From Chloroflexota bacterium (GTDB taxonomy: Bacteria > Chloroflexota > UBA11872 > VXOZ01), in contig OZ244922.1 of assembly GCA_965221905.1 (NCBI GenBank), forward strand, positions 3,136,001 to 3,200,000: 64,000 nt of DNA. The letters run 5' to 3'. This document shows positions 41,651-51,669 of this stretch, one piece after another (position 1 is the stretch's first letter; each line of letters starts with the position of its first letter). The translations under genes were made by a program, and so were the position numbers. Below the pieces are notes generated by a model that did no database searches, was not told where the DNA came from, and was given only the letters and a program-made list of their open reading frames with translations.

Positions 41651-42115
41651 TCACCCAGCCTTGAGGCTCTCCGCGTATTCAGAAATGAATGCGTCGACCT
41701 TGTCGCCCTTCAAGTCTCCCGGGCGAAAGTCGCGCAGCGCTTGCACCGCATCCGCCGGCGCGTAGCCTTCGTACTTCACCAAATAACCTGCCAGGACCGT
41801 ACCGGCCCCGCCGAATCCGGAGCCTCAGTGGATGAGGGCTTTGTCGTCGCGCATGGCCGCCGCGTGCAGGGACTCAATGGCGGCATCGAGCGTCGCCAAA
41901 TCGCTGCTGGCGCCATCAAACTGATCGACGGTCATGCCCAGGCGTTCGATGGCGGCCGTATCCGGGTCCTTACTCGACGCGGCGACGATGTGCGTAATGC
42001 CCTGTGCTGCCACCGCGCGCAGTTCCTCCTCGGTATCCGGAAAACCGGAGGCGGCGAACTTGCCTTCCTCGAACCACTTGAAGATCTGTGGCAACGTCTG
42101 TGCATTCTCAGCCAT
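41651..42115 (-). CDS. Dual-specificity/PTP phosphatase-fold protein with in-frame TGA (codon 97) at the catalytic Cys; candidate selenoprotein, 154 aa
   Basis: KALIH-U-GSGFGGAGTVLAGYLVKYEGYAPADAVQALRDFRPGDLKGDKVDAFISEYAESLKAG*; N-terminal F.W...G.FAASGFP. Confidence 0.75.
41792..41810 (-). promoter_or_regulatory. Candidate bacterial SECIS hairpin
   Basis: CGGGGCCG-GUA-CGGUCCUG; apical loop begins with GU, 22 nt after the UGA. Confidence 0.55.
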
Positions 42116-42286
42116 AATCCCCTTCCTTTCAATTCAGCAATACAGTAAGACTACAGTACGATTCAAAGCTGCAATACTCTCTCGTTGTAGTGTTGGTGCT
42201 CCTCATGCGGAGCGGTTCAGCCCTGCTACTTTCTCATCGAGGTCCACTTTTGCCTTATCGCATCGTCCTCAGACCGGAGTAAGTCC

Positions 42287-45200
42287 TTAGGCGCGCACCA
42301 CACCGAGGGTAACCGACAAGCCGTTGAGATCCACGACTTCCTGATGAGCCCCGTCGGGAGCAAAGGACGACTCCACACGTACGGATAGCGTTTCCTGAGC
42401 AACGGCCTCACTATGCGTGCGCAGCATCGCCGCGACGTTAGCGCGTCCTTCCGCGCCGTCGGCTACACCGATATAGGTCACGATGCGGTCGGAGAGGTTG
42501 AAGTCAGCCTCGCGCCGCAGATTCTGGACGTGATGAATGAGTTCACGTGCCATGCCTTCCCGCTCGAGGTCCGGCGAAATCTCCGTGTGGAGAGCGACGA
42601 GATACCCTTCTTCAGTTGCCACGCTATAGTCTGCGCGCTCCCGCGCCTGCACGTCCACTTCCTCGGGCCGCAGCTCGATAGGTTGTCCGTCCACTACAAC
42701 CGCGATCGGCTGACCTTCCGCTACCAGTCGCGCGCCGACCTGGGCGTCGCTCTGTCGGAGAGCCGCCGCGATTGCTTTCACCTGCCTCCCATACTTGGGG
42801 CCGAGCAAATTGAAGCGGGGCTTGAGTTCGTACGTTACAAGCTCCTCTTCCGGCCCGACGAAGCGGAGCGACTTCACGTTTAGTTCACTGAGGATGTGGT
42901 CTTGCAGGCGTCCTAGCCCCTCCAGCTCGTCGGCGGTCTTTGCGTGGACCAGCATCTCCGGCAGGGGTTGGCGCACTTTGATCTTGCTGGTGCTGCGCGC
43001 GGCGCGACCCAGGCCTACGATGCGTTGCGCGAGCTCCATGTGGACAAGCAGGTCTTCGTCAATGAGCGATGCGTTGTAGCGCGGCCACTCCGTATGGTGA
43101 ATGCTCTCCGGCGCGGCGCTATCCACCGAGCGCACGAGATTCTGGTAAACCTCTTCACTGAGGAACGGCATGATGGGCGCTATTGTGCGCGTCAGCGTGG
43201 TGAGCACCTCATAGAGTGTGACATATGCCGACATGGTGTCCCGGTCCTGCCCGGACTTCCAATACCGTCGGCGACCTCGCCGCACGTACCACGTGGATAA
43301 CTGCTCGATGAAACTGTTGACCCGCCGTGCAACGCTGTAGGCATCGAACTGCTCCAGGTCGTTGGTTACGTCCCGCACGAGTTTGTGGAGCAGCGCAATA
43401 ATCCAGCGGTCCATCAGCGACCGCACTTCGAGCGGCACACTGACGTTGGTAGGGTCAAAGTCCTCCAAGCGGGCATACGTCACGAAGAAATTATAAATAT
43501 TCCAGAAGAGCAGCAGCCGCCGCTTAACGTCTTGGGCCACCGCGTAGCCAAAATTCAGGTTCTGCTGGGTATTGCTCTCGCAGTACAGCCAGCGCATCAC
43601 GTCCGCGCCCATCTTCTCCACGGCTTCATCGAACCAGATGGCATTGCCGTGGCTCTTGTGCATCGGTTTGCCATGCTCATCATTGACTTTTTCGTAGATG
43701 AGCACGTTGCGGTAAGCACGAACGTCTTCCAAGGTAACGCTCATGAAGGCGAGGGCGTAGAACCAAAGGCGAATCTGCTCGCGCATCTCGCTGATGAAGT
43801 CAGCAGGGAACCAGTTGCCCCACTCGCTGCTGCCCTCCAGGTAGCCGTTCGTGGAAAAGGGCACGATTCCGGCATCCAGCCAGCAGTCGCCGACTTCCGG
43901 GATACGCGCGGTCTCGCCGTTGCACTGCTCGCAGTGGACTTTGATTTCATCGATCCACGGGCGATGGAGTTCCGGCAGCGCGCGCACCTTTGCGGCGTCA
44001 ACTGCCCGCTCTTCAAGCTCCTGCACAGTGCCGACGATTGTGACGTGGTCGCAGCTCTCGCAATGGTAGAATGGCAGCGGCAGGCCCCAGAAGCGCTTGC
44101 GCGAGATGCACCAGTCGCCCATGTTGTTTAGCCAGTCGTCCATGCGCTTCCCACCGTACTCAGGCACCCACTCCACGGTCTGGTTTTCCGCAAGCATACG
44201 CTCGCGGATCTCCTCAGCGGAAATAAACCACTCTTCTACCAGGCGAAAGGCGACTTCCGCCCCGCAGCGCCAGCACACCGGGTAGCGGTGGGTATAGTCC
44301 TCGATGCGGTAGACCAACTCGGCTTTGCCAAGCGCGTCGAAGATCATCTCATTCGTATCGGTTATGCTTCGGCCTGTGAGTGGGCCGAACCCATCGACGT
44401 AGTTGCCGTCGCCGTCAATCGGCACGATGACGTGGAGCCCATATTCCTGCGAAAGCTCGTAGTCTTCCGCGCCGCACCCCGGCGCGATGTGGACGATGCC
44501 GGTGCCCTCTTCCTCGCCCACGTTCTCCCACGCGACCACCTTGGTGAGGAAGTCTTGCTGTACCGGTAAATCGTGCCAGGGCCCTGTGTACTCAAGACCA
44601 ACCAGTTCGGCGCCTTTGAGTTCGCGGACAGCGGTGAGCTTGCCGCGCCCAACGCTCTCTAGCGTGCCTTTCGAGAGGTAGTACGTGTTGCCATCGGCTT
44701 CGGCAGCCACATAGGTCAAGTCGGGATGCACGGCCAGCGCGGTGTTTGCAGCGAGCGTCCACGGCGTAGTCGTCCAGACGAGAATGTACTCGTTCGCGCG
44801 GCCCTTAATCGGAAGCCGCAGCGTGATGCCCGGGTGGGTGACTTCGCGGTAGGTGTCGGTACCAACCAACTCATGCTGCGAGAGGCTGGTGCCGCAGCGG
44901 ATGCACCAGGGCATCGAGCGCCAGCCCTTGTAAAGCCAGCCCTTCTCGTGGCAGCGCTTGAGGAAATACCAAATATGCTCGATATTGGTATCGTCCATGG
45001 TGTAGTACGAGTTGTCCCAGTCCATCCACTGGCCGAGCCGGATGGACTGGTTCGTCTGCACGCTGGAGAAATGCTCCACCCGTTTGCGACACTCGCGGGA
45101 GAAGTTATCGAGGCCGAATTCCTCAATTTCATGCTTAGAATCGAAACCGAGGTCGCGTTCGACCTCGACTTCCAGCCAAAGTCCCTGGCAATCGAAACCG

Positions 45201-45454
45201 TTTTGGTAGCGCTGCACGTAGCCTTGCATGGCTTTAAAGCGCTGGTAGACATCTTTGTAGGTGCGTCCCCACGCGTGGTGAACGCCCATGGGGTTATTGG
45301 CGGTAATGGGGCCGTCAATGAAAGACCAGCGAGGGTTGCCGCTATTCTTCGCGACAAGCTTCTCAAAGGCATCGGTATCCTGCCAGAACTTCAGAATCCG
45401 ATGCTCCATACTGGGAAAGTCGAGGTCTCTACTGACTTCCTTGAACCCGGCCAA
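42287..45454 (-). CDS. ileS: Isoleucine--tRNA ligase, type 2
   Basis: DGPITAN, WTTTPWT, GTGIVH, DWCISR, PMHKS; C-terminal EG.AREL...Q.LR...DRI domain of IleRS2. Confidence 0.96.
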   Translation of the reverse strand: MAGFKEVSRDLDFPSMEHRILKFWQDTDAFEKLVAKNSGNPRWSFIDGPITANNPMGVHHAWGRTYKDVYQRFKAMQGYVQRYQNGFDCQGLWLEVEVERDLGFDSKHEIEEFGLDNFSRECRKRVEHFSSVQTNQSIRLGQWMDWDNSYYTMDDTNIEHIWYFLKRCHEKGWLYKGWRSMPWCIRCGTSLSQHELVGTDTYREVTHPGITLRLPIKGRANEYILVWTTTPWTLAANTALAVHPDLTYVAAEADGNTYYLSKGTLESVGRGKLTAVRELKGAELVGLEYTGPWHDLPVQQDFLTKVVAWENVGEEEGTGIVHIAPGCGAEDYELSQEYGLHVIVPIDGDGNYVDGFGPLTGRSITDTNEMIFDALGKAELVYRIEDYTHRYPVCWRCGAEVAFRLVEEWFISAEEIRERMLAENQTVEWVPEYGGKRMDDWLNNMGDWCISRKRFWGLPLPFYHCESCDHVTIVGTVQELEERAVDAAKVRALPELHRPWIDEIKVHCEQCNGETARIPEVGDCWLDAGIVPFSTNGYLEGSSEWGNWFPADFISEMREQIRLWFYALAFMSVTLEDVRAYRNVLIYEKVNDEHGKPMHKSHGNAIWFDEAVEKMGADVMRWLYCESNTQQNLNFGYAVAQDVKRRLLLFWNIYNFFVTYARLEDFDPTNVSVPLEVRSLMDRWIIALLHKLVRDVTNDLEQFDAYSVARRVNSFIEQLSTWYVRRGRRRYWKSGQDRDTMSAYVTLYEVLTTLTRTIAPIMPFLSEEVYQNLVRSVDSAAPESIHHTEWPRYNASLIDEDLLVHMELAQRIVGLGRAARSTSKIKVRQPLPEMLVHAKTADELEGLGRLQDHILSELNVKSLRFVGPEEELVTYELKPRFNLLGPKYGRQVKAIAAALRQSDAQVGARLVAEGQPIAVVVDGQPIELRPEEVDVQARERADYSVATEEGYLVALHTEISPDLEREGMARELIHHVQNLRREADFNLSDRIVTYIGVADGAEGRANVAAMLRTHSEAVAQETLSVRVESSFAPDGAHQEVVDLNGLSVTLGVVRA

Positions 45455-45751
45455 TTCGTGCCTCCTCGATGCCGCAATTGTGCGGCTGGGAATCTATTAG
45501 AATGTTATGTTGCCTTCGGCACTTTGTGATTGAGAAGTTGTCTCTAGGTAATGCTGCTTTAGAAAAGACTGAGAGCGGGTGAAAGTGCAGCGCTGTTGCG
45601 AAGTGCTTCGAGCACGGCACAAAGCGCTGGCAAGCTGCTCCTACCCATGGAATTTTGTCACGGACGTATGCCGGGCGTCAAGCCTGAGCGAGCGTTGGTT
45701 CCTATACTCTCGGTCGGTATCCGATCCTTGCTCATTCAATTGCGCGAGGAT

Positions 45752-45779
45752 GTAGGGGCACGACATGTCGTGCCCCTCC
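45752..45779. repeat. GTAG-type REP palindrome (family C)
   Basis: GTAGGGGCACGACATGTCGTGCCCCTCC. Confidence 0.75.
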
Positions 45780-46179
45780 GTGTCAATTTACTCTCGAGGC
45801 GGACAAGTTCAGGGTGGCACGAACCCAAAGCAAAGTGCCTGACAAAATGGACGTGGCAGATTTCGTACAGAGATTTCCTCAAAAGAGAGGAGGAAACCAA
45901 GCCTACTCGTATGCTTTAGAGAGATAGCGGCACAAGGAGTCCCTTTCGCAGAGGGGACGCAGGTTGCAAACCTGCGCTACCGGAGTTGACGGCTATCGCG
46001 GCCTGGGTTGTTCCTACGCAGCGTATATGACAGCATTGGTTCTGTATCCACCTCTCAGCATGCATCGAGGTCCGCGAACCGGAAGTGGCGGACTGCCTAG
46101 GTCGTCCACCACTCCCGCAATCACGTGAGATATGCATCTAAAATTTGAGGAAACTAGACCATTACGCTAATCAGGAGGG

Positions 46180-46950
46180 TTGCTCGTGAGCGAGATTGGG
46201 TTTTCACTGACCGACAAGGTTGCCTTGGTCACCGGCGCCAGCCGCGGCATCGGGCGGGGCATTGCCCGGGCGCTCGCCGAAGCCGGTGCGGACGTGGCGG
46301 GCGTGTCGCGGTCCGCTTCCACCGAGACGCAAGCCCAGGTCGAGGCTGCGGGGCGGCGTTACCTGTCGTTGCAAGCCGATTTGGCGACGGCTTCGGTTGC
46401 CGATCTCAGAGGGCTCGTTGACCAAACGGCGGCGCACTTTGGCCGAATCGACATCTTGGTGAACAATGCCGGTATCACCTGTCGCAAGCCCGCGCTTGAG
46501 CTTACGGAAGAGGATTGGAACACCGTGCTACAGGTGAACCTCCATGCGGTATTCTTCCTCTGCCAGGCCGCGGGACGCTACTTCGTGCCTCAGGGCCGAG
46601 GCAAGATCGTCAACATCGCTTCGCTCATGTCGTTTCAGGGCGGCGTGCACATTGCGCCGTACGTCACGAGCAAGCACGGCGTGGCCGGCATCACCCGCGC
46701 CTTGGCCACGGACTGGGCGCCGCACGGGGTCAACGTCAACGCGATCGCGCCGGGCTACATCGATACCGACATGACAGAAGCTTTGCAGCAGAATCCCGTC
46801 CGTGCTCCCGAAATCAGGAGCCGCATTCCCGCCGGCCGCTGGGGCACAGCAGAGGACATCGGCAAGCTGGCAGTGTATCTCGCCTCAGACGAGTCCGATT
46901 TCATGCACGGCTCGATCGTGCCCATAGACGGCGGCTGGCTGGCGCGGTAG
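46180..46950 (+). CDS. kduD: SDR oxidoreductase, KduD-like 2-dehydro-3-deoxy-D-gluconate 5-dehydrogenase
   Basis: TGASRGIG, NNAG, ASLMSFQGG, YVTSK and DGGWLAR. Confidence 0.8.
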   Translation: MLVSEIGFSLTDKVALVTGASRGIGRGIARALAEAGADVAGVSRSASTETQAQVEAAGRRYLSLQADLATASVADLRGLVDQTAAHFGRIDILVNNAGITCRKPALELTEEDWNTVLQVNLHAVFFLCQAAGRYFVPQGRGKIVNIASLMSFQGGVHIAPYVTSKHGVAGITRALATDWAPHGVNVNAIAPGYIDTDMTEALQQNPVRAPEIRSRIPAGRWGTAEDIGKLAVYLASDESDFMHGSIVPIDGGWLAR

Positions 46951-47009
46951 GTTTCGCTGGCTTGTGTTGGTTATCCGTCACGATGGTGTTGACATTTAGA
47001 CGTCATTCC

Positions 47010-47327
47010 TGTAAGTGTTGACTAATTCGTTGACAGATTCGTCAATCCAGTTAATGCCCTGGAAAGTTGAGGACGGTCAGCTCCGTCATTCCGGCGAAAG
47101 CCGGAATCCATCTTCACTGCACCCCCTAGACCCCGGCCCCGAATCAACCAGAGGGCAGGCTTTGCGCCGGAGTGACGGTTTTCGTGCCGCCTACCATGTT
47201 CATCTTTCATGCACGAGCTGTCTCTGCTCGTGACAGAATTACCCATTGGGTAAGGCAGCCGATTGGTAGCCATTTCTTCCTGCCGTTTCATGCTCCCAAT
47301 CTGTCAACGAATTACCTGACGCTTACA
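47010..47327. mobile_element. 318-bp MITE with about 30-bp TGTAAG...CTTACA terminal inverted repeats and 5-bp ATTCC target duplication
   Basis: Left TGTAAGTGTTGACTAATTCGTTGACAGATT, right (reverse complement) TGTAAGCGTCAGGTAATTCGTTGACAGATT; ATTCC at 47005-47009 and 47328-47332. Confidence 0.85.
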
Positions 47328-47556
47328 ATTCCCGCGAGTAGTTGTCTAATAGTCGACTTTCCCGCTTCCGCGGGAACCCATCTTTGCTCGACGCCAGGGC
47401 AAAGGGTGGGGCACTTCCCGATAATCGCGGCTACCGGTGGCTGCGCCGATAGAGATCGCTTCACTGGGACTCTAGATTCCTCGAACTCTGGTTCGCCGCT
47501 GCGCTCAGAATGACACGCCAAAGCAACGAACAAAATAAACGAAGTCTCAACAGAAC

Positions 47557-48783
47557 CTAGTCTGTCCATACAACTCCCGCAACGGATACTACGGATCCCG
47601 CCATACCATCGGCGGGACACTGGGCGTAGTCCAGGACGCGGCCGGAAGTAGGGCCAAGCAACTGCAAGGCGGCGTATATGGGCGGGAGGCCGCACACCTT
47701 CTGTTTGTCTTTGCTCTGACGCAGAAGCCCAAGGAATGACTCCGCATCGCCGTGGCACATGGCATCCAGCATCTCACGGTCAAAGCCCTTAAGAACCTCT
47801 TTCTCTTGACGATCCAGAGGCTGCGGGTCGCCAAAGGCCGGACCCATGTGCGCCAGGTCGGCTGCGGCAACGACGAGCACGCGTTTGCCCCCAAGGCCAT
47901 CACTAAGTGCGGCGATACTCTCTGAGAGTTGAGGGCGATCCTGGGGGTGCGCGTCACCTGCCGTGAATGGCAAAAAAGAGCCGCAGAGAATCGGCACTAG
48001 CGCCACGGGATCGCCTTGACGTATGTAGTGCAGCCAAACGGCGGCAAGCTCGATAGAGTGTTCTCGGCGATGGTGGAGCTCCTCGTCGTACAAGGATTTG
48101 TCGCCCCAGGCTGCTTCTAGCCGGTCAACAGCCCCCTGATCCGTCGGTAACGTGCCCCACGGCGTGGCGTAGTCCTGGCGCGTGGGTGTCAGCGTGCCCG
48201 GACTGCCCGCATGATCGGTGCCGAATATAACGACAACGTCTGCTTCCCACACGGCTTGTTGAGCGTGCTGCCAGGTGTGCGCGTAGACAGGCCCGCCGCG
48301 CTCGTAGTCGATGTGCGGGCTCAAGATTCCCCGTATGGCCGACTGATCATACTGAGGATCGGGTGCTACCGCAGCAACGAATCCATCGAGCATAGACGTA
48401 AGTGCGTCAGGATCGGCAGGATACGAGGTCCCGGCGAGTGCAGGCGGGCGAAACGGCGCGTTCCGGTACGCTTCACGGGCATCGTGCCGCGCCGCCTGCA
48501 CACGTTCGCTTTCCAGAATCAGCGCCTCATCAAGTTGCGATATGAGGGATTCGAGCGTCGCGGTCGGCAGCGACATGCCATACCGCACGGAAAGCGCCGC
48601 TTGCATCGCGGCAAGGGTGTGTTCGCCATCACAGAGTTCGAGCACGGGCGCGAGGCCGGCGGGGATAAGGGCAGTGCCCGCGAGCAGTTCATCAGGATCG
48701 CGCAGCGCAAGGCACATATCGCCATTGGCCGTTACCCACTCTGATATGAGCGGTCGTACTTTGGGCTGTGCTAGCGTGGACAT
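47557..48783 (-). CDS. amrB: AmmeMemoRadiSam system protein B (MEMO1 family) with N-terminal extension
   Basis: R.P..AG..YP, PHIDY, GTDH, EHSIE, DLAH.G and CG..P. Confidence 0.85.
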   Translation of the reverse strand: MSTLAQPKVRPLISEWVTANGDMCLALRDPDELLAGTALIPAGLAPVLELCDGEHTLAAMQAALSVRYGMSLPTATLESLISQLDEALILESERVQAARHDAREAYRNAPFRPPALAGTSYPADPDALTSMLDGFVAAVAPDPQYDQSAIRGILSPHIDYERGGPVYAHTWQHAQQAVWEADVVVIFGTDHAGSPGTLTPTRQDYATPWGTLPTDQGAVDRLEAAWGDKSLYDEELHHRREHSIELAAVWLHYIRQGDPVALVPILCGSFLPFTAGDAHPQDRPQLSESIAALSDGLGGKRVLVVAAADLAHMGPAFGDPQPLDRQEKEVLKGFDREMLDAMCHGDAESFLGLLRQSKDKQKVCGLPPIYAALQLLGPTSGRVLDYAQCPADGMAGSVVSVAGVVWTD

Positions 48784-49051
48784 GCACGACACCAGGGCTA
48801 CACGCGATGAATATTGCCAGTGCCCTAGTATAGGGAAGTACAAGCAGGCTGGGCAACCGCTCTGAGCACGCTCAATTCTTCACGCCTCAGCCAGGGCTTG
48901 CTACAATGGGAAGACGCGAACGATCTCGCGGGCTTGGCACGGTGCCACTTGATTGTAAACACTACCAGCTAGGCTTAAATGGGCGATGCTCATCGGATTG
49001 CAGAGCAGATGGCCGTAAGCCGCGAAGAGACGGAATAAGGTACTTGAACTC

Positions 49052-50347
49052 ATGGACCTGCGCTATCACCTAATCACCTACGGGTGCCAGATGAACAAAG
49101 CCGATTCCGAGCGGCTGGGCGGCTCATTGGAGGCGCTGGGGTACACATGGGCGGACGAGCCGGCGCAGGCAGACCTAGTCGTCGTGAATACGTGCGCCGT
49201 ACGCCAGAGCGCAGAAAACCGCGCCCTGGGGCAGCTTGGCTGGCTCACCGGCATGAAGAAGAAAAACCCCCAGCTCTCAATTGCGATGATGGGTTGCATG
49301 GTGGGTGAGGACAGCCTGGAGCGCTTGCAGGCGCGCCTGCCGCAGGTTGACGTCTTCACCAAGCCGGTGGAGTATGAGCCGATCCTGGAATTCGCGCAGC
49401 AGAAGGCCGGCAACCGGGGCATGCTGGACGAGGGCTGCTTAGAGGGATCGCCTCTTGCGATTGGTGGGCCGTGCCGCTGGGTGCCGGTGATTTACGGCTG
49501 CAACATGCGCTGCGCCTTTTGCATCGTGCCGATTCGGCGGGGTGCTGAGCGCAGCCGTCCGATACCGGAGGTCGTGCGCGAGTTGCGTTGGATGGTACGG
49601 CACGGCACGCGGGAAGTCACGCTCTTGGGGCAGACGGTCGACGACTACGGCCGTGACCTGGAAGGACGCCCGGATCTGGCGGACTTGCTCACAGCGTGCA
49701 GCGAAGTACCGGGCTTGGAGCGTATTCGCTTCCTCACCTCGCACCCGCTCTTCATGTCCGACCGCATCATCGAGGCGGTGGGCAGCCTGCCTAACGTCTG
49801 CGAGCACTTCAATATTGCCGTGCAGAGCGGTGATGACATCGTGCTGCGGCGCATGAAACGCGGCTATCCCGCCCGCAGATACGTGGACTTGGTAGCGCGC
49901 ATTCGCGACATCATCCCCCACGCATCCATTGCCACGGATATCATCGTCGGATTCCCCGGTGAATCGGAGCAACAATTCCAGAATTCGCTCGCAATGCTGG
50001 AGCAGCTTGAGCTCGACGTAGTGCACGTAGCCATGTACTCGCCGCGGCCGGGCACTAAAGCCGGCGAGGAGATGGCGGACGACGTGCCGCGCGAGATGAA
50101 ACATCAACGGTTGCTGGCAGTGGAAGCACTGCAGGAACGGATCGTCTCAGCAAAGAATATGCGGCTGCGCGGCCGGACGCTGGACGTGCTGGTGGAGGGT
50201 CAGAAAAACGGCAAGTGGTGGGGCCGCATTCGCACCGACCGCGTGACGTTCTTCACCGATCCCCGCGAGAACCTGGTGGGCCAAATCCTGCCCGTGCGCA
50301 TCGACGACACGACGGCGTACTCGCTGCGCGGCACGGCGGTCGCTTGA
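49052..50347 (+). CDS. miaB: tRNA-2-methylthio-N6-dimethylallyladenosine synthase
   Basis: TYGCQMN, NTCAVR, GCNMRCAFC, TDIIVGFPGE, YSPRPGT; TRAM domain. Confidence 0.93.
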   Translation: MDLRYHLITYGCQMNKADSERLGGSLEALGYTWADEPAQADLVVVNTCAVRQSAENRALGQLGWLTGMKKKNPQLSIAMMGCMVGEDSLERLQARLPQVDVFTKPVEYEPILEFAQQKAGNRGMLDEGCLEGSPLAIGGPCRWVPVIYGCNMRCAFCIVPIRRGAERSRPIPEVVRELRWMVRHGTREVTLLGQTVDDYGRDLEGRPDLADLLTACSEVPGLERIRFLTSHPLFMSDRIIEAVGSLPNVCEHFNIAVQSGDDIVLRRMKRGYPARRYVDLVARIRDIIPHASIATDIIVGFPGESEQQFQNSLAMLEQLELDVVHVAMYSPRPGTKAGEEMADDVPREMKHQRLLAVEALQERIVSAKNMRLRGRTLDVLVEGQKNGKWWGRIRTDRVTFFTDPRENLVGQILPVRIDDTTAYSLRGTAVA

Positions 50348-50565
50348 GGGCTTTCCCGGGCGGACAGCGTGCGCTTGATTCAGAGAAAAAGCGCAACCCG
50401 ATACCCATGAAGCAACGCATCCGTTCATACTTCGACAAGCTCAGCACGAACGGACGCGGAATTCCACTAGTCCCGTTGTGAAGCGTAGTCTATCCGCTGG
50501 CAGTTTTGCAGCGGACCTATTGTCTAGGGTCTTCATTCGAACAACGACGAGATCAAGGTAACACA

Positions 50566-51564
50566 ATGAAATTACGGGTGGCGGGTATCGGTGCCGGACG
50601 CCGTGCGCAGGCGCACTATCGCGCGCTCCAGGAAGTCGAAAATGCTGAAGTGGTAGCAATTTGCGACCTGGACGAAGCGCGTGCCCGGGAGGCCGCCGCA
50701 CCCTTTGGCGCGGAGACCTACGCAGACTACCGCGACATGCTCGATACCGAGCAGCCCGACGCCGTCTACATCATCACACCGCCGAATCTGCATGCTGAAC
50801 AGGTGGAATATGCCGCCACGCAGAAGGCAGCGATCTTCGTGGAAAAGCCGGTAGCGCTTAGTGTACTGGACGCCCGCCGTATTCGCATGGCGGTCGAGCA
50901 GGGCGGCGTGCTCTGCTGCGTCGGCTACCAGCAACGTTACGGCAGTCTGGTAACCCGTGCCCGAGAACTCTTGGCAGGGCGCGACTTGGGCCTCGCTCGC
51001 ATTTGGTGGTATCAAGGCGTACCGAAAGTGCCTTGGAATCTTGATTCCGCCCAAGGCGGCGGCCAGATCGTGGAGCAAGCCACGCACCTGCTCGACCTGT
51101 GTCGACTCTTCGGCGGCGAGGTAGACGAGGTCTATGCACAGTTCGGCCGCAGCGCCTGGAAAGACGATGAATCTTTCCAGAATTGGGATGTCTATTCGGG
51201 TGTGTTTGCCTTCAAGACAGGCGCGGTCGGCAGCGTGGCTACCACGTATGCGCTTTTCTTCGGCCTGCCGCAGAGTTCAGGGCTCGATCTCGTTAGCGAG
51301 GAAATGCTGTTGCGCTTTGCGCAGGGAGAACTCCAGGAGATTAGGCCGAATGGGACCGAGGCGCATAAGGCCGAAAGTCCTTCCGCTGAAGTGCGGTTGG
51401 CACAGGCGTTCCTAGAGGCCGTTGAGGCGGACGATCCCTCATTGATCCAGTCGCCTCTCGATGAAGCCCTCAAGACTCTGGCGCTCACCTTCGCCTTCAA
51501 TCGCTCCGCAGCCGAGGGCCGCGCAGTTACCCCCGCCGAGATCGAAGCGGAAATCTTCGCGTAG
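50566..51564 (+). CDS. Gfo/Idh/MocA family oxidoreductase
   Basis: GIGAG, EKPVA and GGQIVEQATH. Confidence 0.9.
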   Translation: MKLRVAGIGAGRRAQAHYRALQEVENAEVVAICDLDEARAREAAAPFGAETYADYRDMLDTEQPDAVYIITPPNLHAEQVEYAATQKAAIFVEKPVALSVLDARRIRMAVEQGGVLCCVGYQQRYGSLVTRARELLAGRDLGLARIWWYQGVPKVPWNLDSAQGGGQIVEQATHLLDLCRLFGGEVDEVYAQFGRSAWKDDESFQNWDVYSGVFAFKTGAVGSVATTYALFFGLPQSSGLDLVSEEMLLRFAQGELQEIRPNGTEAHKAESPSAEVRLAQAFLEAVEADDPSLIQSPLDEALKTLALTFAFNRSAAEGRAVTPAEIEAEIFA

Positions 51565-51669
51565 TAGGCATTGGTGGGTGATACGGGTAGGCGGAATTGC
51601 GTGGAATTGCTGAGCCTGCCGCTGTGCATTTCCTCCCGTCACTGAGAAACTTGAGGGGCAACAGACCCG

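Noticed and set aside
45811-45820. T-box-like AGGGTGGCAC (similar GGGTGGTAC at about 37357)
   Set aside because: Wrong strand for ileS or upstream of unrelated genes; no specifier stem or terminator context
47022-47291. 89-aa ORF inside the MITE as a transposase fragment
   Set aside because: No recognisable transposase motif; largely a translation of REP sequence
48912-49051. Possible structured RNA in the miaB leader
   Set aside because: Pairings are short and expected by chance in GC-rich DNA; no known motif recognised
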